Below are positions 12,619 through 25,783 of a stretch of DNA of 64,000 bases, piece by piece. Source of the stretch: Bilabrum cf. latius (Eukaryota); the NCBI GenBank assembly GCA_965178125.1, contig OZ237738.1, positions 1,178,001-1,242,000 on the forward strand. Reading direction: 5' to 3'. Within the stretch, counting starts at the first letter, position 1. Every line of letters starts with the position of its first letter. A program made the position numbers and the translations under genes. Below the pieces are notes generated by a model, which saw only the letters and a program-made list of their open reading frames with translations, was not told where the DNA came from and ran no database searches.

Positions 12619-15600
12619 ATGCGCATCGCTTTGTGTCTTCCGACCACGAGGCGAACCAAGTTCTCCGAGTCCAATGCAGTCAACGAGCTCCTGTTTGACA
12701 TCAGCTTCACTGTATCAGTCGCAAGTGCTCGGCTGGCCTTGGAGACATACTTTGCTTCGTGCGGGGACGCGACGGAATGCAGGTTTGGAGATCGCGTTGG
12801 AACTGTTGTGACCACGCTCACAGCCCTGTATGCTGTGGCACATGCATTGTTGGTGTACTCGAACCGCTTGCAAACCGAAGAGCTGGGTCACAACGTCTTG
12901 CTGTACCTGCTCATGGCTGGCAACGTCCTGTTTGGAGCGAACGCATTGCTCTGCTCCCCGGCACCGACAAAGATTGCCATGACCGATGATTCCAGTGGAG
13001 AAAGTATGGCATCTACTAGCTCCGTGCAGAACTGCCAGGCTCTTCTGGACCCCGAGTTCGAGTCCTCGACGTTCTACTGGGGGTACGCGGCCGCTGTGGC
13101 GGCGCAGTGCTTCGTGGTGACAGGCATGTTTCTGCGAGTGTGCTCCTTGCCGAAAGCGAGAGCGTGGGCATCCCACTACATCGTCGCATACGGCATAGCT
13201 GGCTTGCTGTGGGCGGTGATGGCAACCGTGGAGAATAGCACGGTTCGCCTGGTGACTGCGTGGGCATGGCCGGTGCTGTACGCTGGGCTGACGGTCCTGT
13301 CTACAAGGCCGGAAGTGGTCGTTCCGTCTCCGCTGCCTCGGCACCTTGCCGTGCGCAGCCGCAAGTTCTTCCTGGTGATGATGACACAGGTCCTGCAGGC
13401 CATGGTGCAGCCGACCCTTCGGTACGACGGCAGCTCCTACTCCCTTGCAGCGTGGGTGCTCGTGCTGCTCTTCGCCTTCAAGCTTCTCGTGTTCGACTTC
13501 GACAACGGGCACAGGGCCACTGGATTCACCGAGCCGATATGGATCGCAGAGGTGCTGTGGACTTTGTGCGGCTGGCTGCTGGCCATCGGCCTCACCGTGC
13601 TGGGCGCCACAGTCACTGCATCGCTGCGAGATGTCTCGCCGCACGATGAGTATCCACCTCTGGCCGAGCCCTTGCGCATGCAGCTTCGCTGGACCATGGC
13701 AGCTGCAGTGACGCTGTGTCTGCTGAGCACGTGCGGCATGCAGCTGGCGCTGAAGGGGTCGGGCAAGCACGTGAGGCGCCTTGGCAAGACCATGCGGCTG
13801 ATCGTCCGTGCATGCACTGCTCTGTTGTGCATGGCGAGTCCGCTGGCAATGCGCGGCGTGAGCATGGTGGGACAAGTGGCTGTTTTGGCAATGCTGGTGG
13901 TGCTGCAGGTGGGCATTGACATGTGGGCGCGGACAAGAGTGTCCACACTGAAAGGGACCAAGAACAATCGCAGCAGCTCGCACACTGGCAAGGATGGCAA
14001 TCCCCTGGTCGTGCATCCACCAACAGAGCTATGCGGCTGCTGCCTGGATGAGGCTGAGGAGGGCATCGATGAAGGCTCGAGCGCATGGTGCTGCGGCATG
14101 GACACCATGGGCTTGTGGATTGCATGGTGTTGCTGCAGCCCGAGTCCACACGTAGTTGAAGCACGCGATGAAGAGTCTCTGCTCGGTGACACAGGACTGA
14201 AGCGGAGAAATGGGAGTTCGTACGGCACTGCCTTGGCTGCGGATGACGCTGACGCAGGCAGCAGGAAACGGCCGCCTGTTTCGACCAGCAGAGCAACTGC
14301 CGATGGAGGCTACACGGCGCTGCCAGATCATGCTTCAAGCGCGGAGTCAGTGCGGCGCATGGTGCTGTGCTGCGGGCACGAGGCCGGGTGCCTGTCATCC
14401 ATGGCAGTGTGCTGGGACGCGTGCGACGCCTGGTACGCGGGTGCCATCGGTGCCGAGGGGGATGGAGACGGGACATCCGACGAGCAGAGTACCGCCACGA
14501 GCAGCAGGGAGATGAGAGCCGCTGCCAAGAAGTACCGACGGTTCCGGCAGGCTGTGAGGCGGTTTGTGGTGGGAGCCGTGGCGATGCGCCTTGACAGCGT
14601 GCTCAACCGCAGCAAGCAGCCTAACGGCAGCACGGGGGTATCAAACGGTCTAGTGGCACCCGATCCGACGTCGCGCCGACAGCAGAACGGGATGTAGCAC
14701 CATCGGCACGGCACGATAGGAGAAGGCAAGCAGTCGCTGGGCTCCAATGCGTCGCTGACCTCGCTGGATTCCGCCCACGGTTCTATGGGCGGCACACTCA
14801 GCGACGGTCCGATGCCAGGGCGGGATGCGTTGGGGCCAGACGGGGCAGTCCGAGGTGGTCGATCGCAGTCGAGGTATGTCGACGAATCCATCGGCGTGTC
14901 GGGGACTCGAGTGGCATATGATTCGGGCATCGATGACGGTGCTGACGTCCATCGCGACACGGGTGCTGGCTCTGATCATCGGCCGTCGTTGCGCCGCAGT
15001 GCAGTGGAGGCGCGACTGAGGGCGAGGGGCTCTGCGTCAGGCAGACTCCGGATCCCAGTGTCAGGAGGTAGCCCGCGGGGCTCGAGGCGGGGCACGCACT
15101 CGTGGTCACAGCGCACTCCCCCGCTGTCTCGCATCCCAGAGGACGGGCCCTAGCATGCCAATCTGACAGCGGGGACGGGCGGCAGTGTGGATCCGAGGTC
15201 GCTAGTGGGCGTGTCAGTGCCTGTGTCTCGGGCGGGCATGCTCGAGCCAGAAGGTGTACCGGGTGCTGGTGACACTGCTGCCGCGGAGGACGGCTGGGGC
15301 TCGATGCGCTCGTTCGGTTCACCGGGCTGGGGAACAGAGCGACTGGGCTCACGCGGTGTGACGAGTGGTGCATCCAGACCAGGGACTGGGACTGACGTTG
15401 GGGCAATCGGTGGTGTTCCCCCCGCCGGGCTTTCGCCCTCCACTGGCAGGTCGCTCGCAGATCGCCGTCGAAGCCTCCAGGTGACTCGATCATCGAGAGG
15501 GATCGGCTCGGGTGCATTGCACGCTGGTGCCTCCACCGCCGCTGGAGGTAGCACGCTGCTAGGAATACCAGCACGGGCCCGGCTTAGGGGCCGTAGAAAC

Positions 15601-15972
15601 AGCGTGTCTGGAGTGGGCGGCGCATTCATGCACGGCAATCGTCCGGAGAGCGGAAGGCTCCTGAGACGGGAGGCAGGTGTGGATATGGCGACCATGGCCG
15701 ACGTGCGGATTCGCATGGCCTTTGCAGCTATCGCAGGGGAAGCATCGTCGGACGGCAGTGTGCGTGATGGTGCGTCCAGCGGCGTATATAGGGGTGAAGG
15801 TGGCCAGGATGCTGGCAGGAGGTCCATTGGGAGCGGTGATACGGAGCCGGGGGAAGAAGGTGGGGCTGGTGGTCTGGCGGCTGCAGCGGAGGCATGGGGC
15901 TTCCCATTTGGGTCGCCTGCACCAGGTGGAGACGCGATGTCGCAGTCTTCCAACACGCTCTTCTACGAATGA
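12619..15972 (+). CDS. LtrA-like multi-pass membrane protein, copy 2 (tandem paralog)
   Basis: ORFs 12619-14697, 14785-15153 and 15187-15972 are in one frame joined by TAG, ending TGA; near-identical to copy 1 with in-frame indels in the C-terminal half. Confidence 0.65.
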
Positions 15973-16225
15973 ACCGAGATTGGGGTCGGCCTCAGAGCCT
16001 CAGGCTGGCACTCAGTCCATCTGGCTTGTCAAGTGTATCGGGTCTGGCGCGATGACGGTCTCGTGCTAAGTCTGATGCACCTGCCTATGAGGAGAATTGC
16101 ATGTATGCTCTTTGTTCATTTATCTTTATCCATGTTTCATGCAAGGCTGCCTCGCCGGTATGTAATCCGGAGCTAGAATGTTGCGACCAACGGCAAGTCT
16201 TGCTTGTCGGTGCGACACTCACCGA

Positions 16226-19200
16226 ATGAGTGGTCGAAGAAGTTCAGTATCCAGTGTGCGGCCAAGATGGGGGCGGAGAAGTTCAATTGATAAATGGCTG
16301 GCAGATCCCGAGAGTGTTGCAAGCGGGCTCTCGGGGTCGCACTCCGGGGCATAGGCCAATGCCGGTTCTCGAGCAATTGTGCACCGGAGAGGTAGTCTAT
16401 CGATGGCAGTCAGTGTCGTTGGAGATTCCGGCTCTAGTTTTAGTCGGCGTCGCAGCGTAGCTGTAGATGGCAATGATGCAGCATTTGCAGCTCGACAGAC
16501 TAGTCCGGTTCGGTTGAGTTTGGAATTGTCTCGTGGCACGGCAGGGAATGAAGTGAAACGAGTCGGGGCCGAATCAGGATTTACTCAAACTTCATTGCAT
16601 ACATCCAGTGAATCCTCACCTCGACTGCCAGATGTTAAGGGCAGAGGTAGCCCCGCTGTATCCCACAGCCACAAACCACAAAGTGCAAACTAGGCTAGTC
16701 ATGCAGAGGTTTTCTCAGTACCAGGTCAAGCTAGTTCGGTTTCCTAGTCTAATAAATCTTCGTAGCTCAGGGAGGCTGCAGCAGGTGAGGGCATTGCGGG
16801 CACATCCACCCCGTCAGAAAGGACTCCACGGAGCGACATTAGCGAGGCAGGCCACCCAATCCAGCATTCAGAGGGTGGCACGATGTCGACTGCAAGGGCC
16901 AATATCACCAACCATAGCGATAGCGCACTCGCACAAGCGACAAGACGGGAACGCGAAACAGCCTCGAGCGCCCAGCTTGAAGAGGAGACACTGCCAGTCG
17001 CAGCATCGGAGCATGCTGCCAGTGTCAAGAAGCACGACCCTCTGCCGCGTAGACAGCAAAAAGAAACGCCCAAGGACCATTTGGACAGCGATGTAGCAAA
17101 GGAACTCGAGATTGAGCCGCGCTCTGGCGGTGGAATGGAACCAACCTCTCCCTCACATTCACCCCACACTACGGCAATGTAGGTCGCACAGGCGTCGGCT
17201 TCGGCGGCGCCCAGCCATAGTTAGTCAACCAGCAGCACCAGCCAAGCAAAACTCGAGCAAGCCGATGCAAGACAAAGTCTATTTTCTAGCGAGCATGACA
17301 GTTTCTAGCATGAACCGCCTGCTGATGCTGTGTCAAGAGCAGCTGAACAAGGATCGACGCCTGGATAGACAGCCGCTGCTCCCCTCGATATGTCCCCGGG
17401 CGGCCCTGAGTCCAGCGGTTAGCCTGTTAGGGACTAGCCACTGGACTTCCCACAGGCCAAAACGGTGAAAGAGCCTGCCATTGGAAGAGCAGGTGAACTC
17501 GATGTACAAGTTGGGCTGCGCGACACCTCAGTCGAGGCTACTGCCCCCACATTGCCCACAGCGACCGACTCGCTGCAGGCCTAGATCGGGAAGCCGGACT
17601 TGAGGTAGGTGCAGGCTGTTGCCAATGGTGATATTAGGGTTACTGTGGCATAGGTGACAGATTCGTTACCATCAGAGCAGCCACCGGTATCAATGCCTGC
17701 CCCGCAGAGCACGTCATCTCTGGGAACTCCAAACCCAGGCAAATAGAAGACCCCGGGCCGCAGGCGCTCTGCAGCGTTTTCGCCCGGCACACAGGCTCTA
17801 GTGGAAGTACTGCGAGCCAAACCGTCTGCGCTGGACCATAAGCCCTTTATTTGGAAGCGAAGAGCCAAGGGGGGCCGCAGTGATGAGGGCGAGGGTGAGT
17901 CCAAAGCGGACAAGGCAAGGGACTGGCTTGCAGAGGCAGCACTGTTTGTCGGTGACATCTGCAAGGAGGCGGAAAATGAGGCCGCGGCCGAAACACAAGC
18001 GGTTCGTGAGTCTCTTAAGAGACGCGCCGAGTCAGGAGACTATGCTGCGGCGACGAGCGACTTGGGGAGCTCAGAAGCAGACGCAGATAGGGGCGTGCAC
18101 GAGACGGTTGCGCCAAGCAGCACTCCCGCTCACAGCGGCAACGGAATGAACAGACGCAGATCATCCGTGATACTCACGAAGGATATGCTCGCTGCTACCA
18201 TGGGAGAAATGGGCAGCCCTGCTGCTGAGGCTGTGGCGACCATGCAACGTGCAGCGAAGGCGTCAACGCCACTGCTAGAGGGCAACGGCTTTGGCATGGG
18301 AAGGAGAGGCAGCGGCGGCGCAGCGCGGCGGTTGTCGTCCGTGTTTGGGCATGATGCTTACGACGGCGAGGACAGCGACGATGAATGGCTGCTACCATCT
18401 AGGACAAGCGCAAGCCTGCGCCGCCGATTGGCCAGCAAGCCTCCTCGCCGAGACGACGATAGAGGGGCCCCGCTCCTCCAGCGTGCCGTAGCGGCAGCGA
18501 TTGAGAGGGGTGACGCTGGCGGTGGAGGAGAGAGCGAGAGCAGGAGCCAGGTACGAGCACCTCGTCATTCCTTCTTTGGTGCTGGTGATGACTCTAGAAG
18601 GCCCACACCAGCGGGTGGGACGCCTGCTGATGCCTCCGCTGCCAAGGGTGCGGGTCGTCACCTGCTCTCACCAGCTGCAGTCAAGGCGCTTCGGAGGCAA
18701 GCTCTCGCCCGAGCAGGGGCCACCGGCGCTGCACTACGCCGCAAGGCCGGCCGGCGAGGCAGCGGTCTCGGGGGAGACTTGTCGGCATCTTTTTTGGTGT
18801 CTTTAAAGGGAAGAGAGGATGGCACTCAGCTGCTCTCCAAGCTCGAGGGAAAAGCTGCTGACCTGTCGCTTGCGGATAATTAGGAGCAAGCAGAAGATCC
18901 CGACTTTGGGGAGGATGAGAGCAAAGAAGACACCGGGTCGGAATCGGACGAAGAGGGCATGCGAGCTGGGAGCCGCAGGCAGTCGCTCCCTACGGCAGGC
19001 ACCATCATGCTCGAGCACATGGGGGTGTCGGAAAGGCAAGCTAGGAAGATGACCCGCCCACCTCGTCCTGCCGCGAAGCCAAAACTAAAGCCGAAGCAAT
19101 CGAAAGGAGTGAAGCCCAGCTCAGATCCACAAGCGTAGCCTGGTCTTATAGCCGCAACAGGGGCAGCGGAAGGCTTGAGTCCCCATGTGTCTGCCAGCTC

Positions 19201-22200
19201 CGCAGCCTCAGGATCTTCTGACAGAGGACTTCCCACCGCAAGAGCAGACTCGCCAGTGGATCCGTCCGAATCCGGCTGGGGTCACGGATCTGCCACCGGG
19301 GATAGCTCAACGGGGGCGCGCGGTGCAGGCATGCCAAGCATGGCATCAGTACCGCAGCTTTCACCCCGGTCCGAGCCGGGTGGCGCAGGTGGCATTCATC
19401 AGAGCCCTGCCCATGGGCAGTAGGCCGAGTCAGCAGTTGATGTAACAGCAGTCGACTCGCCTCGCGGGCGAGGGGTCAGTGCTGGTTCTGGCGATTCGAC
19501 TGGCACGCCGAGGCCATAGGTATCAAAACCAGGCATCGTTGGCAGCCTGACTGCCGTGAGTTCCGTGTTTGGAGATGGCTCGCTGCATTCTGGTGCCGAC
19601 CTTCCGCAGCCAGGGCAGTACGACGGGCTTCGCGCAAGGTAGTCATAGGACAGCACTGGCAAGGAATCTGTAGCTCATTCCAGCATTCACGACCCAGGCA
19701 GTCAAAACGATGATGCCACCGATGGTAGAGCCCATGGTGCTAGCAAGGACACAGCTGCTGCGCCTGCTACCAAGTAGCCGAGGCGCCGCTCCAGCATGCA
19801 AGCTGGCTGGCTGCGAGATGGAACCACGGACGCCGAGATCGTGGCTGCGGCAGAACGCCGTGCCAGGGAACAAGTCACCAGGGTCCTTGCGAAGCATGGC
19901 AAGGAAGGAGCGAGGCGTGCCTCCATGGACGCCAGTGCGCTCTAGGCCGAAGACGCTCGAGAGGAGGCTGATCTGAACCGCAGGCTGGCCGCTAGAGAGG
20001 AGCGAAAGAGGAGGGAAGGATTGAAGATGGGTAGGAAGGGCAAGAACAAGACAGGTGGGCCTGCCATGCGCAGCCCCTTCGGGCAGGGTGCGAGGTCTGT
20101 TGCCAGCCTTGCAGACGCACAGTCGATCGCCTAGGAGAGCAGGGATATCGCGGCTGCCTCCAAGGCATCTGCTGCTGATGCCAGTGATGGCGTCCACACC
20201 GGGATTCCCGGATCGCGTGGCGGCGAGGAGCAGCAGCACAGGTAGCAGGTAGATACCGCCAGGTCCCGACCTGCATCTAAGGCCAGTGCACGCAGCCGCA
20301 AATCAACATCTCGCAGCGGTAGGCGCGGGCGCAGCAGGGGTAAATCGCCGAGGAGATCAAAGAAAAAGGCAAGGTCACCGCGCCCACCCTTGACTCCACG
20401 TGCGTCTGCCAGGGCCAGAAAGCTGTGGGGCAAGCTGCGGCAATACATACTTGATGCGCAGCCTGCGGTGTAGCACCTCGTGGCCCTGCTTGAAGCGCGT
20501 CGTATCGCGCGCGAGGCTGTGGCAGAGGGCCGTGTAAAGCTGGAGGTGGATGAGGAGGACGACGAGCCCAGTATCCTCAAGCAGGGCGACCTCGTGTTTT
20601 ACACCAGCGCCTCGCTGGCAGCTAGGCGAAGGCTCGGTAACCATCCTGCGATCCTCGAGGCCATTCGGTCGCACTGGCAGGCCCTCGTCGGGTACAAGCC
20701 GGAGGGACACCGGTACATGGAGCAGGAAGAATACCTTAGGTACTTCCTCATGCTGCACCAACGGCTTGTTCCCGAAGTGCCAGAGGACGAGGCACGGACG
20801 GTGATTGCCGCAGAGTGGGTGAAGGACGCCAAGGGCGCAGACCGAATGGACTACGCGTCCTTCCACTCCGCGCTGTTCGAAGTTCTCGACACTTTCACTG
20901 CATCGATCGACCTGGAAGAATACCTGGATCTCTCGGATGAGTACCAAGAGGTCGCCGAGGATCTTGGGGAGCAGCTTGAATAGGAGTATGAGAAGAGGGC
21001 AACGACGCCAGAGCCGGCACCCGCGCCAGCCCCTGCCCCTGCTCCTGCTCCTGCACCAGCCCCCGCAGCATCTCCCCGTCCGAAGACACCCGAGGTTGTG
21101 CCAGCGAAGAAGACCCGACCGAAGAAGCAGGCGACTGTGGGTCGGGACCCATTCGCATACCAGCCGCCCCGACCAAAGCGATAGCCCCGTGAGGCCAAGC
21201 CACCCCCCAAGCGCATCCTGAGGGCGCGCAAGAAGCGGCCCACCTCTGCTGACAGGGGCCTGAACGTGAAGAAACACCACGACCCGCTGTGGGAAGAGAG
21301 GTTCCGCTTGGAGGCGCCGCGCATCTGGTCGCCCTACTTCCACGTGCCTAGTCTCAAGGAGCAGCTCAGATGCATGCAGCTGGCCTTCCAGTTCGACCCG
21401 GACGATCCCACAGGAGCAAAGAGGGCAGCCAGGGGTACTGCAGGGCAAACGGGAGCATCCATTACCACCCCAAGCATGGATGACGACATTTTTTCGGGCG
21501 TCAAAGCGGGCGATGCCGCGTTTGTCCCTGGTCTGGTTGCCATGTCGAGCATGAGGACGGGCGGTGCGGGGGCGCTGCAAGGCTCGCGCACCCTGCCCTC
21601 GCATTTAAAGCGGCGCAACCGAAGGCGGGCATCGCAGCCGGGCATGAGCAGCGTAAGCAGTCTAGCGACACTGAGCGCCCCGAGTGGCGTGCCTAGCTAT
21701 GCCCTTCACGACGAGCTCGTCAGGCACTCCCGGCAGCTGGAGCAGCAGCTCGACCTGGCACTTGACAGCATCATTCAGTCCCAGCAGCGCCAGAAAGCGG
21801 AGGCCCTGTACGGACGAGGAGCTAATGTCCTCCCGGGCGATCCATCACCGGCACACATTGACGGCCTTGCCAGCCTGGCGGGTGATCCAGCCTTTGGTGG
21901 CGGCAAGGGTGATGTGGGAGGTGGCGGTCATGGACGGCGACCGCTGCTTAGCGAGGCATTGTTTGGGATAGAAAGGGTCGGTTCTTCTAGTGCGAGCAAC
22001 AAGGTGATGCGTGGCGTGCTAAGCTCCAGCTTGCAGCGAATTCGACAGGGAACGTCGGATGGCTTGCCGGCTGGCGTCTCGTTCGATGATCTCCCGCCCG
22101 GTGGGGAGGATGGCACAGGGTCGGGCACTCATGCGGCCGGGAGCTATTCGCCGTCATCACCAGCTGGAGCCGGTTTCGGCTGGGCAGCCAATCGTGCCGG

Positions 22201-23524
22201 CCTTGAGAGCGCAGGACTGCTAGGGCTGGCAACTGGCGGCACTGGGGGAGGTTTGAGTGGGCTGTCTCCTGCCGCTGCTGGAAGGCGCCCAGCAACGCAC
22301 CACGGCGGCATGCCAAGCAGCTAGAAAGCCAGAGCCCCGACGGTGCTGCACCTTGGTGTCATGCCGCCGTACCTGTGGCTGCCACAGGAAGTGATGGAGT
22401 GGCGGGAAGGCCGACTCACCGACACACTCGGAGCCACGCTGCCCCACAACGGAAGAGACTTTGAGGCAGCCGCAGTGGAAGCCACGGCTGGCAGGAAGTG
22501 GGCCAGGACAAGAGTAAACCACCACCATCGCCCAGGTTCAACTCCCTACAGCGATCACATTCAGAGGTTGCTTCGGACGAGGGAGTAGAAGGAGCGGGCA
22601 CGGCTCGCCAGCTCTGCGAGCTCGGGCAAGCTTGTCAGTGGTGGCACTTCAGCTGCTGCTGCTACGAAGGGGCATCCCAAGCGCAGGGCCCGGGCAAGCG
22701 ACGCCATGGCATTCGAGCCAGACGGTGGTGCTCAAGTAGCGGGTGCGGATGCGGACGGAAAGGACTAGCAGCCGGCGCACGGCAGGCGCGGTAAGCGAAG
22801 GGCCAGCATAGTGGGGGCAAGGCGCGGCAGCGTCTCTCTGTCTGTGCTGTCTGGTACGAGCTCCTAGGGAGGCCGGGAAGAGGGCAGGGTCTGGGCTGAG
22901 AAGCGAAGGACTCTGTCTTCGTCGCTCGCAGCGAGGAACTCGGACAAGGCGGCGGACCTGATCGACTCCCTTGCCAGGCACGCCTCTCGAAGGGACCTCA
23001 AGTCTGGCGGCGCTGGGACGCATGGCAGCCCTGCTGCCGGCATGGCGCGGACATGGTCTCCAGGGAATAAGGCCTTGGTTGCGGGCGTGCCAGCGGGTCA
23101 GAGCCTGCTGTATGCCGCCACGGCGCGGCGCTCTGCAGAGCCCATGCCGGAGGACATGGTGCACGCGCCGCAGCACAAGCCCATGCGGAGCACAAGTGGC
23201 GCACTCGGCGCGCTTCTGCCCAAGACCACGGCTACGCGGCCGCCCAAGTCCCCGATGTTCCGAAGCCGTGCTGGAATCTCGCCGCGGTCGATCGGGTCGC
23301 CCCGCCGAGACGGCTCCTCGGCGCGCACAAACATGTCGTCAAGGTCGACGGCGAGGTCGGGGCTTGGCAGCAGCAGGCGCAGCCGGCTGGCGGCATCGGG
23401 TGCTCTGGCCCAGGGGTAGGGGCCGCTGCGGACCTCCGGGGAGCTCGTGTTCGTGAGGCTGGAGGAGTCGTTTGATGGCCCCGCGCGACCCATGGGAGCC
23501 ACAGGCGGGGCGGGGCTCGTGTAA
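16226..23524 (+). CDS. Very large (~2430 aa) mostly low-complexity protein with a central EF-hand-like helical domain
   Basis: Single frame from ATG 16226 to TAA 23522-23524 with about 32 in-frame TAGs and no TAA/TGA. Folded-looking segment at ~20560-20980 (YLRYFLMLHQRL...EWVKDAKGADRMDYASFHSALFEVLDTF). Confidence 0.75.
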
Positions 23525-23821
23525 GTTAATCCACAGGCAAGCTCTGTTAGCCAGCTCGTGCCAGATTGAGATGGTTATGGCGGGCCCCAACACACTTACT
23601 TTATTCATCTCTATGGATCCTCTTCACGAAGTTGGACGTAAGTCTTCGCACACATCCATATGGATGCACATAAGCTTTCCTGGGTATAGCCTATCGCGTA
23701 TCGTCCCACCGCCGTTCGGTGTGGAAGTGCGAAGATAACTACAAGGAAACTTGGCGCGAGTATGATAGTGAATAGTGTAAATGTTCGTCAACAACTTGAG
23801 CTCACCCAGGTACAGGGCGAG

Positions 23822-25648
23822 TCACCTGCATTCGCCATCGCCATCGCCCGCGACCAACGAATGCCCCCTGGCGGCAGCGGCACCCTTCCACAAAACGAGA
23901 GCCCGCACGCGCCCGGCCGGCCGCCCCCGGTGCCGCCACCCAAACCCATATCGCCGCCCCAGCCCCCTCAAATGAGCCACGCTCCCCACCACCTTGCTCC
24001 TGCCTGACCTCTCGTCTCGGTACTCCACTCCGCTCGCCTCCAAGTCCTCAAGCACCTCCACCACCTTGGCATACTTGCTCATCGTGATGGTGGCGGCCTG
24101 ACGCGGGGTCTGCCCCAACCCGTTTCGGGGCGTGACCCCAGCCCCATACCACGCCAGCAGAGCCACCATTTCTGCCCATCCAGATCTGGCAGCGACGTGC
24201 ATGGCCGTATCGCCGTTCAGAGGGTCTTCCCAGTCGAGATCAAGCTCCTCCTCCTGATCATCGTCGTGGGTCTGCCCACTGGCGGCAAATCTGCCGGCTC
24301 GTTGACTAGATGTAACAGCCAAGGGTGTTCCGAGCACGACGCTGGCGTCATGCTGGTTGCCCCAAGCGGTTGAGCAGCCGTCATACATGAAGAAAAAGTC
24401 CTCCGCCGGCGGCGCGCTCGCGACTCCCGGCGGAGTGCTGGATGCGTGTGGTACCACTGGGCCGCTTGTTCCCTCGCCGCTTGTTCCCTCACCGCTTGTT
24501 CCCTCACCGCTCCCCGCGAGCCCTCGGATGCTCCGCCTCGCCTCGAGCAGAGCGTCCACCCCGTCAGACGCGGTGGCCTCCATCCCCGCCATGAGCGCAC
24601 TCGTCACACCCTTCCCGCTGACTTCGTTGGGGTCGCTCGCGCCCGAGGCGAGCAGGATGCGGACGCACTCGGGGGAGTTGGCGGCCACCGCGGCGGCGAG
24701 GGGTCCGTCGGTTCCGCTATGCCGGCGCCGCGCACGATGCTCCGCCAGGTCGCCTGCGAGCCGAAGCAGCAGCCGCAGCATGCCGGGCTGTTTTCTTCCT
24801 GCGGCCAGGGCCAGCAGGCTCTTCGTTCTACCCGTGCCAGTGGCCTCCCGGGACCCTAGGATCGCGCTCCGCAGCTCCTGCCACCTCGGGTTAGAGGCCA
24901 CAAGAGAGGGCGAGACGCAGCCCGTGGCGACCGCCGTCATATCGATTCCGAATCCACGGAGCAGGGCAACGGCTTGGCGGAGCAGGGGCACCTCGTCGTC
25001 GGGATCCACCACCCTGCCTGCCCCGCCGATGAGCGAGCGCACCGCGGCCGGAGCAGCTGCCTCGCTGGTGCGGGCGCTCACACGGTCTGAGCCAGCACTA
25101 GCCGCCCGCACGCTCTGACTGGTACGCATGCCAATGTGAACCCCTGTGCAGTCGGCCGTTGCAGTGCCTTGCTGGGCAGCTGTTGGGGCGACTGTCGGGT
25201 ACTGCGGCAACGCGGCAAGCTCGATCGAAAGTCCATGCCGATTGGCTGACTCACCCGGGCTTGGTACAGCGGGATACTAGGGGACTACAAGTGATACGAA
25301 GAGCGGGTTTCGAACCTACTAGTCATGCGATAGACCGTCTGACAACAGCAAAGCACTGTGTTCGTGTTCAGAAGCATCAGTTGCAGGTGACTGGGCTTCA
25401 GCAAGCTGGGCATCGCCCGCGTGCCTTGACGGGGCATGCAGAGCCGTTGGTGAATCTGTGAATACCTGATTTGATGCTGCTGTTGACGGCGTGTGGGCCT
25501 TGTAGGTGCTGCCGAGCTTGGCAGAATCGTGCCCGTATCTGCCTCGCATCAGCTCGAGCTATTCTGCATCCGGCAACGTCGGCACCGATCCTCCTACCAA
25601 TAGCGGCTCATAGTCTGTTTTTTTCGAACTCCTCAAAAGAGTTGCCAT
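23822..25648 (-). CDS. Ankyrin-repeat protein
   Basis: ATG 25648; frame continues through four TAGs into ORF 25210-23822. Ankyrin motifs GPLAAAVAANSPECVRILLASGA and GDTAMHVAARSGWAEMVALLAWYGA...GQTP. The 3' end may be spliced. Confidence 0.75.
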
Positions 25649-25783
25649 GATACCGCTGAGAATCACGCCAGTACGGCTTTGTCATTTTCTTGGAAATTGC
25701 CTCTCGTCACAGTGCGATGCATAATATGCATCGCACTGTGGCAATTCTATCGCGAGAGGAGTGCCAAACAAGCGCGACCAAGG

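Larger units (their letters stand above)
8233..15972 (+). repeat. Tandem segmental duplication (8233-11984 and 12458-15972)
   Basis: Sequence starting acccgagtttcgcggaattc recurs at an offset of 4225 bp and stays alignable to the stop codons. Confidence 0.95.
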
